From contig JALSHZ010000036.1 in the NCBI GenBank assembly GCA_026981985.1, positions 11,113 through 75,112 on the forward strand: a DNA stretch of 64,000 bases, read 5' to 3'. The DNA is from Gammaproteobacteria bacterium. GTDB taxonomy: Bacteria > Pseudomonadota > Gammaproteobacteria > UWMA-0217. The translations under genes were made by a program, and so were the position numbers. Positions 26,707 to 35,659 of the stretch are shown in pieces (position 1 is the stretch's first letter; the number at the start of each line of letters is the position of its first letter). The notes under the pieces were generated by a model. It was not told the origin of the DNA. It worked only from the letters and a program-made list of their open reading frames with translations, and made no database searches.

Positions 26707-28479
26707 ATGTCAGACCAAAGCAGCGAAACCGTCAGCTTTCGCGATCTATCCCTTATTCCCGAACTGATCCAGGCGCTTGATGAGGTCGGCTATGAAGCCC
26801 CCTCCCCCATTCAAGCAGCGATCATTCCCCACATTCTGGATGGCCGCGATGTGCTAGGCCAGGCGCAGACCGGCACCGGCAAAACAGCCGCATTCGCGCT
26901 GCCGATCCTATCGCTCATCAACATTTCACTGCGAGCACCACAAGTCATGGTACTCGCCCCAACACGTGAACTCGCCATCCAGGTGGCCGAGGCTTTTCAG
27001 CGCTACGCCAGCCACATCAAGGGCTTCCATGTGCTGCCGATCTACGGCGGTCAGGACTACGGTGGTCAGTTACGCCAGCTCAAACGCGGACCGCAAGTCA
27101 TTGTTGGCACGCCGGGCCGGGTGATGGACCACATGCGCCGCGGCACACTCAATCTGAAATCACTGCGCCATCTGGTGCTGGACGAAGCCGACGAAATGCT
27201 GCGCATGGGTTTTATCGACGATGTCGAATGGATACTGGGCGAGCTGCCGGAAAAACGCCAGATCGCGCTGTTCTCCGCAACCATGCCTAGAGAAATCAAA
27301 AAGATCGCGCAGCGCTATCTGCAAAATCCGGAACTGGTGGCCATCAAGCAGAAAACCGCAACGGCCAGCACCATCGAACAGCGCTACTGGGTGGTCAGCG
27401 GCTATCACAAGCTCGATGCCCTGACCCGGATTCTGGAAGTGGAAACATTCGACGGCGTGATTATTTTCGTGCGCACCAAAGCAACCACCGGAGAGCTGGC
27501 GGAGAAACTGGAAGCACGTGGTCATGCCGCAGCGGCACTCAACGGCGACATTCCGCAAAAACAGCGCGAACGGACTATCGAGCGGCTGAAAAAGGGGGAT
27601 ATCGACATCCTCGTTGCCACTGATGTGGCTGCGCGCGGGCTTGATGTCGAACGCATCACCCACGTCGTCAACTACGATATTCCCTACGACACCGAGGCCT
27701 ACATCCACCGCATCGGTCGCACCGGACGCGCCGGACGCAAGGGAGAAGCACTGCTGTTTGTCGCACCGCGTGAAAAACGGATGCTCTATGCTATCGAGAA
27801 AGCAACACAGCAAAAAATCACGCACTGCGAGCTGCCATCGACCGAAGACGTCAATGTCAAACGCAGCGACCGCTTCATGCAGAAAATCACCGACACCCTC
27901 GCCGCCGGCGGCCTCGATGACTATGTCAATCTCATCACCCGTTATGAGATGGAACACAATGTATCCGCTACCGATATCGCCGCAGCACTGGCAAAAATGG
28001 CCCAGGGCGATACCCCGCTGCTACTGGAAAAGGATACCCGTCCAAAACAGAAAGACCGACAGCGCGACCGCAAAGAACCGCGCCAGGGCAGTGACGGACG
28101 CGGACGAAAAGAACGCCGCTTCGAACGCGGCGACAAAGCCGATACCCGCCCACCCCGCGGCCGTGACATCGGCCCACCAGAAAAAGGCATGGAGCGATTC
28201 CGCGTCGAGGTTGGCCGTGTTCATGGCGTCAAACCCGGAAATATCGTTGGCGCAATCGCCAATGAAGGGGGACTGGAAGGCCGCTACATCAACCACGTCA
28301 CCATCCACGATGACTATTCGACGGTTGATTTACCCGTCGGCATGCCCAATGAAATTTTCCGTGAATTGAAAAAAGCCCGCGTAGCCGGCCAGCAGCTACG
28401 TATTTCAAGAATGAAAAACAAGGCGCGGAAGGCGGGTCATGCTGGTTCGCAGAAACCTGATAGCCAACCCAAGAAATAA
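26707..28479 (+). CDS. deaD: DEAD-box ATP-dependent RNA helicase (DeaD/CsdA type)
   Basis: 590 aa. Q-motif FRDLSL...GYEAPSPIQ, motifs AQTGTGKT, DEAD, SAT and HRIGRTGRAG, plus a C-terminal DbpA-like RNA-binding domain and a basic tail. Confidence 0.9.
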   Translation: MSDQSSETVSFRDLSLIPELIQALDEVGYEAPSPIQAAIIPHILDGRDVLGQAQTGTGKTAAFALPILSLINISLRAPQVMVLAPTRELAIQVAEAFQRYASHIKGFHVLPIYGGQDYGGQLRQLKRGPQVIVGTPGRVMDHMRRGTLNLKSLRHLVLDEADEMLRMGFIDDVEWILGELPEKRQIALFSATMPREIKKIAQRYLQNPELVAIKQKTATASTIEQRYWVVSGYHKLDALTRILEVETFDGVIIFVRTKATTGELAEKLEARGHAAAALNGDIPQKQRERTIERLKKGDIDILVATDVAARGLDVERITHVVNYDIPYDTEAYIHRIGRTGRAGRKGEALLFVAPREKRMLYAIEKATQQKITHCELPSTEDVNVKRSDRFMQKITDTLAAGGLDDYVNLITRYEMEHNVSATDIAAALAKMAQGDTPLLLEKDTRPKQKDRQRDRKEPRQGSDGRGRKERRFERGDKADTRPPRGRDIGPPEKGMERFRVEVGRVHGVKPGNIVGAIANEGGLEGRYINHVTIHDDYSTVDLPVGMPNEIFRELKKARVAGQQLRISRMKNKARKAGHAGSQKPDSQPKK

Positions 28480-28522
28480 GCCGCCGGTGGCATGATACAG
28501 CGAATTGATCGTCCCACCACCG

Positions 28523-29191
28523 TCAGCAATCCATGGAGGCAAGCTTCGTCTCGATCACTGTATTGATGACCGACGTACATGGCTGCTTATGGAAAGTCGC
28601 TGGCTGACTTTCAAGAAACGGATATTCAGCGGCACTCATTTTCAGGTAGAGCCGTTCTACAAGCGCCTCCGGCTCCCCTTGCAGCGCCTTCCCCAGACAC
28701 CATAGACCACTCGCTGCCAGATGCGCCTGAATGTCCGTATCGGGCGCCGGTGCTGCGAGACGCGGTAGATAGGTAAGATCAAACAGAAACGGCACTTCTT
28801 TCAGAGCAAAGTCGAACAGCACATCACCGAAGCCACGACGCATGCGCACAACATCTTTATTATGGATAGCCTTGCTTGCATGTTCACTGTTAAGCACTGC
28901 CCCCGCAAACATCACAACCCGGAGAATGTCGCTTCGCGGCTGCAACAGCAAACGTCGCAGGGGCGAATCAAACTCGAACCATAACTTGTCCTTCAATTCG
29001 AACCGGTCAAGTAGATATCCAGCCAGATTATCCTCCGAACGCGCATTATTCAGCAGCTTTTTGATCACCTGACTATTTTCCAGCCGCGCCACCCAATCGG
29101 GATGAATATAGCGATTGGGATAGTAGTTGAACTCAGTCACTGACATCAATTGTGCCTTGTCATCAGATATGGCGTGCAACGTATCACGCAT
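28523..29191 (-). CDS. Hypothetical protein (weak resemblance to SctK/YscK-type proteins)
   Basis: ORF 28523..29263 trimmed to ATG 29191 (GGAGGAGG SD), 222 aa. The patterns EFNYYPNRYIHPDWV and RRLLLQPRSDILRVVMFAGAVLN recall YscK ([30 protein letters not shown]). This rests on memory only. Confidence 0.55.
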   Translation of the reverse strand: MRDTLHAISDDKAQLMSVTEFNYYPNRYIHPDWVARLENSQVIKKLLNNARSEDNLAGYLLDRFELKDKLWFEFDSPLRRLLLQPRSDILRVVMFAGAVLNSEHASKAIHNKDVVRMRRGFGDVLFDFALKEVPFLFDLTYLPRLAAPAPDTDIQAHLAASGLWCLGKALQGEPEALVERLYLKMSAAEYPFLESQPATFHKQPCTSVINTVIETKLASMDC

Positions 29192-29804
29192 TGGTACCTC
29201 CTCCGCATTCTTTTGTTTACCGCCCCCCAGAAGGTCATACCAGCTACTTGACCTTGCCCGCATTGAGGTCGGATTGTCGAGCGCCCAAGCGCTGCTTCTC
29301 CGCTTGCAGGATTACGACATTGATCATGAGGACAAGTTCCAGACACACCCGGCATGAGCTGCCCGGGAAGCGAAGCAATGCTTCTGGGACAGAATATTTG
29401 TGACACATGCACATGAATGGAACCAGAAGCCTGAAGGTTTTTGGCGCTGCGTGACCCGACATCAATCCGGCACACCCACAAAGAGGACACGACCCGGCCT
29501 CGCCGAGGCCGCCCAGGCAAGTTATTGCCTTTTCTTACAATCAACGTTGAACTTTGTATGGCCCTCCCACCAACCTGCCAGCGGAGGGCCTCACCCAATA
29601 CCAGATCAAAGCCCATATTTGACGTCGCTTGCGTCAATAAATTGTCACATCACCCCCGTTGGCATGCACTTTGCGGTAGCACGGAAAAAGAAAAGACAGG
29701 TTGATGCGTTTTCATTGGCTCACATTTGTCATTGAAACCGGCGAGAAATGCGGGTGGCATCCACCACAGAAATAATAATTCGATACAGCTTTTCAGGAGG
29801 ATCT

Positions 29805-31295
29805 GTGTCTACATCAATTGAAAACATCATCGCGACGAACAAGCACCGAGCATCATTATTTGCACTGATTTCAGCAACCCTTTTTGCGTGCATCATCTAC
29901 AGTCCCTGGGCATCCGCTGTGGATCTTGTTTTCGATGGCAACACATCACTGATCAGCGGTACCGACTGCGAGCTGGGTGCTAAATACCGCCTGGGAACGA
30001 CGACTGTCTATAACGGTAAGAATCTCGATCTGATCGTCGAAATCACCGGAGACGATAATGATTACTCGACCAACGATGTGCCAGGATATAAATGCCTTGG
30101 TTTACTAATTGATGACCCTGGCGACCCAGAGCTTTTTACCGTCATCGGCAACGACGGAAATGATAATGGCGCTTCTGACGAGCCTTGGTCTACCGACCTG
30201 AAACTCACCATCGTAGAACAGGGTACAGAAACCCCGGTCACCGTCGATCGAATACTTCTGACCGCTTTCGACCTGGATATCAAGCCCGGACAAACGGGCA
30301 CAGACAACCTTTTTCTGACTGACAATGCAGTGACTTACCTCGACAGCTCGACCAAGGTCAGACGCGATGGCATCAGCTCGAATGGCCCGGGCGGGGTAAC
30401 CTATACAACCCTGCTGCTGGGCACGAACCAGGAAGACTGCAATCCGGATACAGACATCAGCTGTCGTGCAGGCGTAGCATTTACCAATATCTCGGAGTTC
30501 TCCCTGCGCATACTCAACGGCAAAAGTGACCCGAGCACACCACGGCTTTTCCAATTTTCTTTCGAAGCCAGTTATTTCGACGAAATGAACCTCGGCACAG
30601 ACTATGGCGATGCACCTGCCAGCTATGGTGATGCCGCCGCAGGAGTGAGCAGCACACCATTGCTGGGTGCAGGCTTACCACCCGACAACGAAGATGCCTC
30701 ACAGGCGAGCAGCGACGCCACGGGAGATGATTCCGACAATGCCTTGGGCGACTTCGATGATGATGAGGGCGTCACACTCAACGATGTCACGCTGTCACAG
30801 CAGACATTACTGGCAGGCTCACCTCATGCACTGAACGTTGCCGTCTATGGCAGCGGCATGCTGAATGCATTTTTCGACTGGAACAGAGATGGTGATTTCG
30901 ATGATGCCGGAGAACAGGTCATCGAGGAACTGTCGCTGACCACCGGACAACACGCCATCGAAATCACTCCGCCAGCCGATGCCACCATTGGCGAAAGCTT
31001 TGCCCGCTTCCGTTTCTGCCGTTCTGCGAATAACTGTAATGTCCCATCGGGCTATGCCGATGACGGAGAAACCGAGGACTATCATTTTGTCCTGGCCGTC
31101 GGCAATGCACGTAGCGGCAGCACCTCAGCGGTGGATGGGGAAATCAAAACCGGCCTCGACGGCTCCGGCATCGGCAGTCTGGGGTGGTGGATCTTGCTCA
31201 GCCCACTGGCGCTTGCGACGCAAGCGCCGCCACACATCAACCCGCTTCATCAGAAAATAATCACAACGGCTAACTGTCCCGGTCAATCATCATGA
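29805..31295 (+). CDS. Secreted GEVED-domain protein with C-terminal Gly-rich/hydrophobic sorting-like tail
   Basis: ORF 29748..31295. Probable GTG start at 29805 (AGGAGG SD 5 nt upstream) with a signal peptide ...LFACIIYSPWASA. GEVED-domain hallmarks: DYGDAPASYGDA ... FFDWNRDGDFDD ... ARFRF ... DDGETEDYHF. Tail is DGSGIGSLGWWILLSPLALA. Confidence 0.8.
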   Translation: MSTSIENIIATNKHRASLFALISATLFACIIYSPWASAVDLVFDGNTSLISGTDCELGAKYRLGTTTVYNGKNLDLIVEITGDDNDYSTNDVPGYKCLGLLIDDPGDPELFTVIGNDGNDNGASDEPWSTDLKLTIVEQGTETPVTVDRILLTAFDLDIKPGQTGTDNLFLTDNAVTYLDSSTKVRRDGISSNGPGGVTYTTLLLGTNQEDCNPDTDISCRAGVAFTNISEFSLRILNGKSDPSTPRLFQFSFEASYFDEMNLGTDYGDAPASYGDAAAGVSSTPLLGAGLPPDNEDASQASSDATGDDSDNALGDFDDDEGVTLNDVTLSQQTLLAGSPHALNVAVYGSGMLNAFFDWNRDGDFDDAGEQVIEELSLTTGQHAIEITPPADATIGESFARFRFCRSANNCNVPSGYADDGETEDYHFVLAVGNARSGSTSAVDGEIKTGLDGSGIGSLGWWILLSPLALATQAPPHINPLHQKIITTANCPGQSS

Positions 31296-32407
31296 ATAAT
31301 AAGAAAAAACATCCATATCACTTGCTCCAGGCCACTGTGCTCGCGGTACTCAGCTTCGGCTGGGGAACGGCGTCGGCGCAAAATTCACCCGATGATCGCC
31401 AATTCAACAAACGGGTCTACATCGGTGGGTCGATAGGCGTGTCGAAACTGGATCCCGATACCAGCGCCACCGAATACAAGGTAGGGGACGATATCGATAT
31501 GGCGAAATCCCTGCATCTCGGCGTCGATTTTTCCAAACACTGGACGGTGGAAGCCTATGTCGTCGACCTCGGTGCAGCAGAGATTCTGTGCAAGAGCAAT
31601 TGCGAAAAGGCTGGAGAGATTTCCTATCAGCACGTCGGCGTCAGCGCCATCGGCTACTTTCTCAACCAGCGCGATGGCAGTGCATACGGCTCGGAGTATG
31701 ACGACGAAGGTCTGTACCGCCGCGAAGGCTTGTCCGCCTTTGGCCGCATCGGCGTCGGCAAGATGGATAACGAAACCGAACTGAGATACAGCCGTCTGAA
31801 CGATATTCACCTGCACTTTGGCGCCGGCGTGGAATACGGCTGGGAAAACGGCATTGCCGCACGCGCGGAGATGATCGCCTATGATACCGACGCCGTTGCA
31901 GCGTCGATGGGCCTGGTCAAACGCTTTGGCAGCAGCGAACCCTATCTCGATGGCCCGCCGGTGATTCCGCCTGAACTGGAGGCACCGCCTTCACAAGCCA
32001 AGCCACCCGTACACAAGGTTCAACCAGCACCAACGGCCGCTGCACGAGAACCCATCAAGCGCAAGGTCGTTCGGGTGCGACTGCCCCGGCTCTACTTTGC
32101 CGTGGACGACCACCGCCTGTCACCGTTGGCCAAGCGCAAGCTGCAAGACCTCGTGCGCACCATGAAACGCTATCCGCAGCTGAAGCTGGAGATTCGCGGC
32201 TATACCGATGCCACCGCCAGCGCTGAATACAATCTGAATCTGTCGCTGCGCCGCGCGGCATCGGTGCGGAAATTCATGGCAGCGTATGGCATCCCTGCAC
32301 CCCGACTGCGCCTGTCAGCACTCAGCGAATCGGAGCCGGTCGCCAGCAATGCCACAGCCGAAGGCCGCGCCCGCAACCGCCGGGTAGAGTTCCGGATCGT
32401 GCGTTGA
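31292..32407 (+). CDS. OmpA-family outer-membrane protein (N-terminal beta-barrel + C-terminal OmpA domain)
   Basis: 371 aa with a signal peptide ...GWGTASA. OmpA C-domain motifs FAVDDHRL...IRGYTDATASAEYNLNLSLRRA...NRRVEFRI. ATGA overlap with the GEVED gene. Confidence 0.85.
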   Translation: MNNKKKHPYHLLQATVLAVLSFGWGTASAQNSPDDRQFNKRVYIGGSIGVSKLDPDTSATEYKVGDDIDMAKSLHLGVDFSKHWTVEAYVVDLGAAEILCKSNCEKAGEISYQHVGVSAIGYFLNQRDGSAYGSEYDDEGLYRREGLSAFGRIGVGKMDNETELRYSRLNDIHLHFGAGVEYGWENGIAARAEMIAYDTDAVAASMGLVKRFGSSEPYLDGPPVIPPELEAPPSQAKPPVHKVQPAPTAAAREPIKRKVVRVRLPRLYFAVDDHRLSPLAKRKLQDLVRTMKRYPQLKLEIRGYTDATASAEYNLNLSLRRAASVRKFMAAYGIPAPRLRLSALSESEPVASNATAEGRARNRRVEFRIVR

Positions 32408-32484
32408 GCTGGACAGGTCAAACATGATGTCTAGTTCTGAGATGAAACATCATCGTAACTACTCAGTAGTAGAAAAATAGAACT

Positions 32485-32605
32485 GTAACTGCTCAGATTG
32501 CCGCTGAAACGCGTCAGGTCAAGGCGGGAAATGTGAGTTTACGAGTGTAAATGAGCATTTCCCAACGCAGAGATGGCGCGTTTCAGTGGTGAGCTGAGTA
32601 GTTAC
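32485..32605. mobile_element. MITE-like element with GTAACTNCTCAG termini
   Basis: Left end GTAACTGCTCAGATTGCCGCTGAAACGCG; right end CGCGTTTCAGTGGTGAGCTGAGTAGTTAC. Nested inner inverted repeat GGGAAATG...CATTTCCC. An extra half-site GTAACTACTCAG lies at 32455-32466. Confidence 0.7.
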
Positions 32606-32772
32606 ATGCATCGTCGGTGAAAAATTCGATGCCGTTCATCCGAATAACACAAAAAGTTGTGTCTAGCTCACAGTCAAACCACAAGTGCTTACGCATACTC
32701 GGTGGCTATGGAACAGACATCTCCAACCCGGAACGGACGCCGGGACTGTCGTGCAAGGAGGAATAAACCAGT

Positions 32773-32994
32773 ATGCAACTCGTCAACAGCCGTCGAATGA
32801 TGGTAGAAAAAATGGTCCGCAGACAAGCGGAAAAACTTGGGCTGAGTGTCTATGCCTGTGAGCATGGGCAACAAGCTGCCGTAACGTCATTGCAAGCAGG
32901 CGCATCCGCGTTCCGCGCTATTCAGGAAGGCATTGCAGCTGCCGAAACCAAGCGATTGATGCTGATCATCGACAACGTGACTAGCGCCGCCTGA
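32773..32994 (+). CDS. Small hypothetical protein (73 aa)
   Basis: Good AAGGAGGA SD 8 nt upstream of the ATG, and a hairpin after the stop. No family recognised. Confidence 0.4.
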   Translation: MQLVNSRRMMVEKMVRRQAEKLGLSVYACEHGQQAAVTSLQAGASAFRAIQEGIAAAETKRLMLIIDNVTSAA

Positions 32995-33005
32995 ACAGGG
33001 TCTCC

Positions 33006-33033
33006 GTTGGCACGACCATTTGGCCGTGCCAAC
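33006..33033. terminator. Hairpin between convergent genes (possible bidirectional terminator)
   Basis: GTTGGCACG-accatttggc-CGTGCCAAC. No clear U-tract on either strand. Confidence 0.35.
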
Positions 33034-33046
33034 GCCTGTCCGAGCA

Positions 33047-34276
33047 TCAGTCCAGCATCAGCGACACCAGCCCGTCGGCCAGCTTTGGTTCGAACCAGGT
33101 CGACTTGGGCGGCATCACCTCATTCGCATCAGCCACTGCCATCAGATCTTCCATCCGCGTTGGAAACAACGAAAACGCCACCGCCATTTCACCGCTATCG
33201 ACCCGCTTTTCCAGCTCTTTTAGCCCACGTATACCACCGACAAAATCGATTCTGTCATCACGACGTGGATCGGAAATGCCTAATATCGGGTCGATCAGAT
33301 TGTTGGCCAGCAGGCTGACATCCAGACGCGCCACGGGATCATCCTCAGGAATACGGTCGGGCTTGATGCGCAAACGGTACCAGTCGCCAGCCAGATACAT
33401 GCCGAACTCGCCGGGCCGCTTCGGTCTGACCGCTTCGCTAGACGCTTCGACATCGAAATGCTCGGCAACCTGTTGCAGTAGCGCCTGTGGCGACAGACCA
33501 CTGAGATCGCGAATCACGCGGTTGTAGTCGAGAATCTTCATTTCATGATGCGGAAAAATCACCGACAGAAAATACTGCGGTGCCGCCGGATCACCAACAC
33601 CACCCCGGTTTGCACAAACCCGTGAACCTGCCGCAGAACGGTGATGCCCGTCGGCGATGTAGATGGCATGCATGGCGTCGAAGGCACGAGTCAGGCGGTC
33701 GATCCTGTCGGCATCGTCGATCACCCATAGCGCATGGCCGACACCATCATCGGCGGTCACGTCCATATCAGGCTCGCGCTGCGTGACCTCGGCGAGGATG
33801 CGATCGACCTCTGGCGCGTCGGGATAGGCCAGCAACACGGGGCCGGTTTCAGCATTCACCGCTTCGATCTGGCGCACGCGATCATCCTCTTTCGCCGGGC
33901 GGGTGAACTCGTGCTTGCGAATTCGGTTGCTGTCATAGTCGCCCACCGATGCGCCAGCCACGAGGCCAGTCTGGACATGATCCCCCATCGTCAGGCGATA
34001 GGCGTAGTAGCACGGCTTTGCATCCTGAACCAGAACGCCCTCATCGATCATGCGGCGCAGATTCTCGGCTGCCTTGGCATAGACCGCAGAATCATAGGGA
34101 TCGATACCTTCCGCCAGGTCGATCTCCGGCTTCGAGATATGCAGGAAGCTATATGGCTTGCCGGCCGCCCGCGCTCTGGCCTCATCACTGTTAAGCACAT
34201 CATAGGGTGGCGCAACGACGTCGTCTGCTCTGCCGGGTGCTGGTCTCAAGGCGGGGAAAGGACTGATCAGGTTCAT
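33047..34276 (-). CDS. DUF1015-family protein
   Basis: ORF 33047..34426 trimmed to ATG 34276 (GAGGAG SD). N-terminus MNLISPFPALRPAPGRADDVVAPPYDVLNSDEAR... is characteristic of DUF1015. Confidence 0.85.
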   Translation of the reverse strand: MNLISPFPALRPAPGRADDVVAPPYDVLNSDEARARAAGKPYSFLHISKPEIDLAEGIDPYDSAVYAKAAENLRRMIDEGVLVQDAKPCYYAYRLTMGDHVQTGLVAGASVGDYDSNRIRKHEFTRPAKEDDRVRQIEAVNAETGPVLLAYPDAPEVDRILAEVTQREPDMDVTADDGVGHALWVIDDADRIDRLTRAFDAMHAIYIADGHHRSAAGSRVCANRGGVGDPAAPQYFLSVIFPHHEMKILDYNRVIRDLSGLSPQALLQQVAEHFDVEASSEAVRPKRPGEFGMYLAGDWYRLRIKPDRIPEDDPVARLDVSLLANNLIDPILGISDPRRDDRIDFVGGIRGLKELEKRVDSGEMAVAFSLFPTRMEDLMAVADANEVMPPKSTWFEPKLADGLVSLMLD

Positions 34277-34532
34277 GGTGATGCTCCTCATGTGACAAGG
34301 TGGATATTCGGCCGTGATCGTGGCCTCCACAACCACCCCGGCCCGCACTGCAGGCGGCCGAAGCATATCAGGAATTGAGCGTGCTGCGCTGCACGGCGGC
34401 AACCGACCAGTGGTCACGAAATCCACATGGACGCATTGTAACCATCAAATTCCGTGACAGCCTTCCACTCTCTCGTAAGATCACGTCAATACAATAGGAC
34501 ATGACTCAATCAACCTGCTTTAGCAGACAAAC

Positions 34533-34886
34533 ATGATTTCACTTACCAAGATAAAAGACCTCATCAAAAAAGATCCGACCAATAACGATCCCGCGTCCGC
34601 CGACGATAGCGTTGAAGAGGACAGTATTCCCGCTCCGGTTCAGGTTAAACCCCGCGCCAGCACCGAGCAGAGTATCGAGCCACCCACATCCGCATTTGCC
34701 GTCAAACCACCAGGCGACACCCAGGAACTGGATGACAGCGCTGTCGCGGAGCAGCTGGACGGCCTGAAACGCACCCTGGAAGCCAAAGCCTTTGAGCCGA
34801 AGGAAGAAACCGAGCCGAAAGAGCACAGCCCATTTGGGAATACGCCACCGACAGTGGAAATGGAGCGCCCGGACTTTCCAGACTGA
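34533..34886 (+). CDS. Hypothetical acidic, probably disordered protein
   Basis: 117 aa, Pro/Glu/Asp-rich, weak RBS. Coding status is uncertain. Confidence 0.3.
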   Translation: MISLTKIKDLIKKDPTNNDPASADDSVEEDSIPAPVQVKPRASTEQSIEPPTSAFAVKPPGDTQELDDSAVAEQLDGLKRTLEAKAFEPKEETEPKEHSPFGNTPPTVEMERPDFPD

Positions 34887-34927
34887 ATCGCAGCACCCCA
34901 GAAACCGGGTTTAGCCGTTCCAGACGG

Positions 34928-35659
34928 CTATTTGTCGAGTGCCCCATCCCCCGCCTTGGCGAAATCGATCACTTTCTTTTGTGGCGACAGATTGATTTCA
35001 TCGAAGCAGGCTCCGGGACGTGATCGGAGAACAAAACCGACGGCTCCAGCAACATCCTCCGCCAGCAGATGGCAACCCGGCGCTGCTGCCGGGCGAAAGT
35101 TCTGGCCGTCGAAAAAGTCCGTCTGCACCATGCCCGGGTTGATCAGCGTAACCCGCACACCCGCCGAGGCACACTCCTCACGCAATGACTGGGCAAAGCC
35201 TCGCAGCGCAAACTTGGTGGCGGCATAGACGGCACCACGCTGACCGCCCCGAAGGGCGGCTTCTGAGCCGATGATAACGACATCCCCCGCCTTGTAGCGT
35301 TTCATCAGCGGCAGAAACTCACGCGCGACCAGAATCTGGCTGGTGAGGTTGACATCGATCAGCTCACGGATCTGCCGGGCGGAGAAGGCCTCAAGCGAGG
35401 CAAAGCGGCCAAATCCCGCATTGAGGATCAGGCCATCGAGACGCTCCAGCTGTTTCCTCTGGGCCTTCAGGATTGTCGGCAGCGCCTCCAGATCAGCAAA
35501 ATCGCAACTCACATGGCGATATCCCTGCTCGCTCTCCAGTTCGCCAGCTTTGCGCGACAAGCCCGTCACCTGACATCCATCCTGCAACAACTTGCGGGCA
35601 ATCGCAGCGCCGATGCCGCGACTCGCACCGGTGATCAGATAGCGACGTTTATTCGACAC
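34928..35659 (-). CDS. Short-chain dehydrogenase/reductase (SDR)
   Basis: ORF 34928..35770 trimmed to GTG 35659 (GGAGG SD). Motifs YLITGASRGIG, NAG, Y..(A)TK. Overlaps the upstream stop by 11 nt. Confidence 0.85.
   Translation of the reverse strand: MSNKRRYLITGASRGIGAAIARKLLQDGCQVTGLSRKAGELESEQGYRHVSCDFADLEALPTILKAQRKQLERLDGLILNAGFGRFASLEAFSARQIRELIDVNLTSQILVAREFLPLMKRYKAGDVVIIGSEAALRGGQRGAVYAATKFALRGFAQSLREECASAGVRVTLINPGMVQTDFFDGQNFRPAAAPGCHLLAEDVAGAVGFVLRSRPGACFDEINLSPQKKVIDFAKAGDGALDK

Noticed and set aside
29619-29637. FNR/CRP-like inverted repeat TTGACG-N7-CGTCAA
   Set aside because: The spacing does not fit FNR (N4) or CRP (N6) consensus geometry. It is kept only as a generic hairpin.
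29400-29735. 111-aa ORF in the region upstream of the GEVED gene
   Set aside because: No RBS, a Pro/Ser/His-rich product, and overlapping ORFs in other frames of similar quality. It is treated as non-coding.
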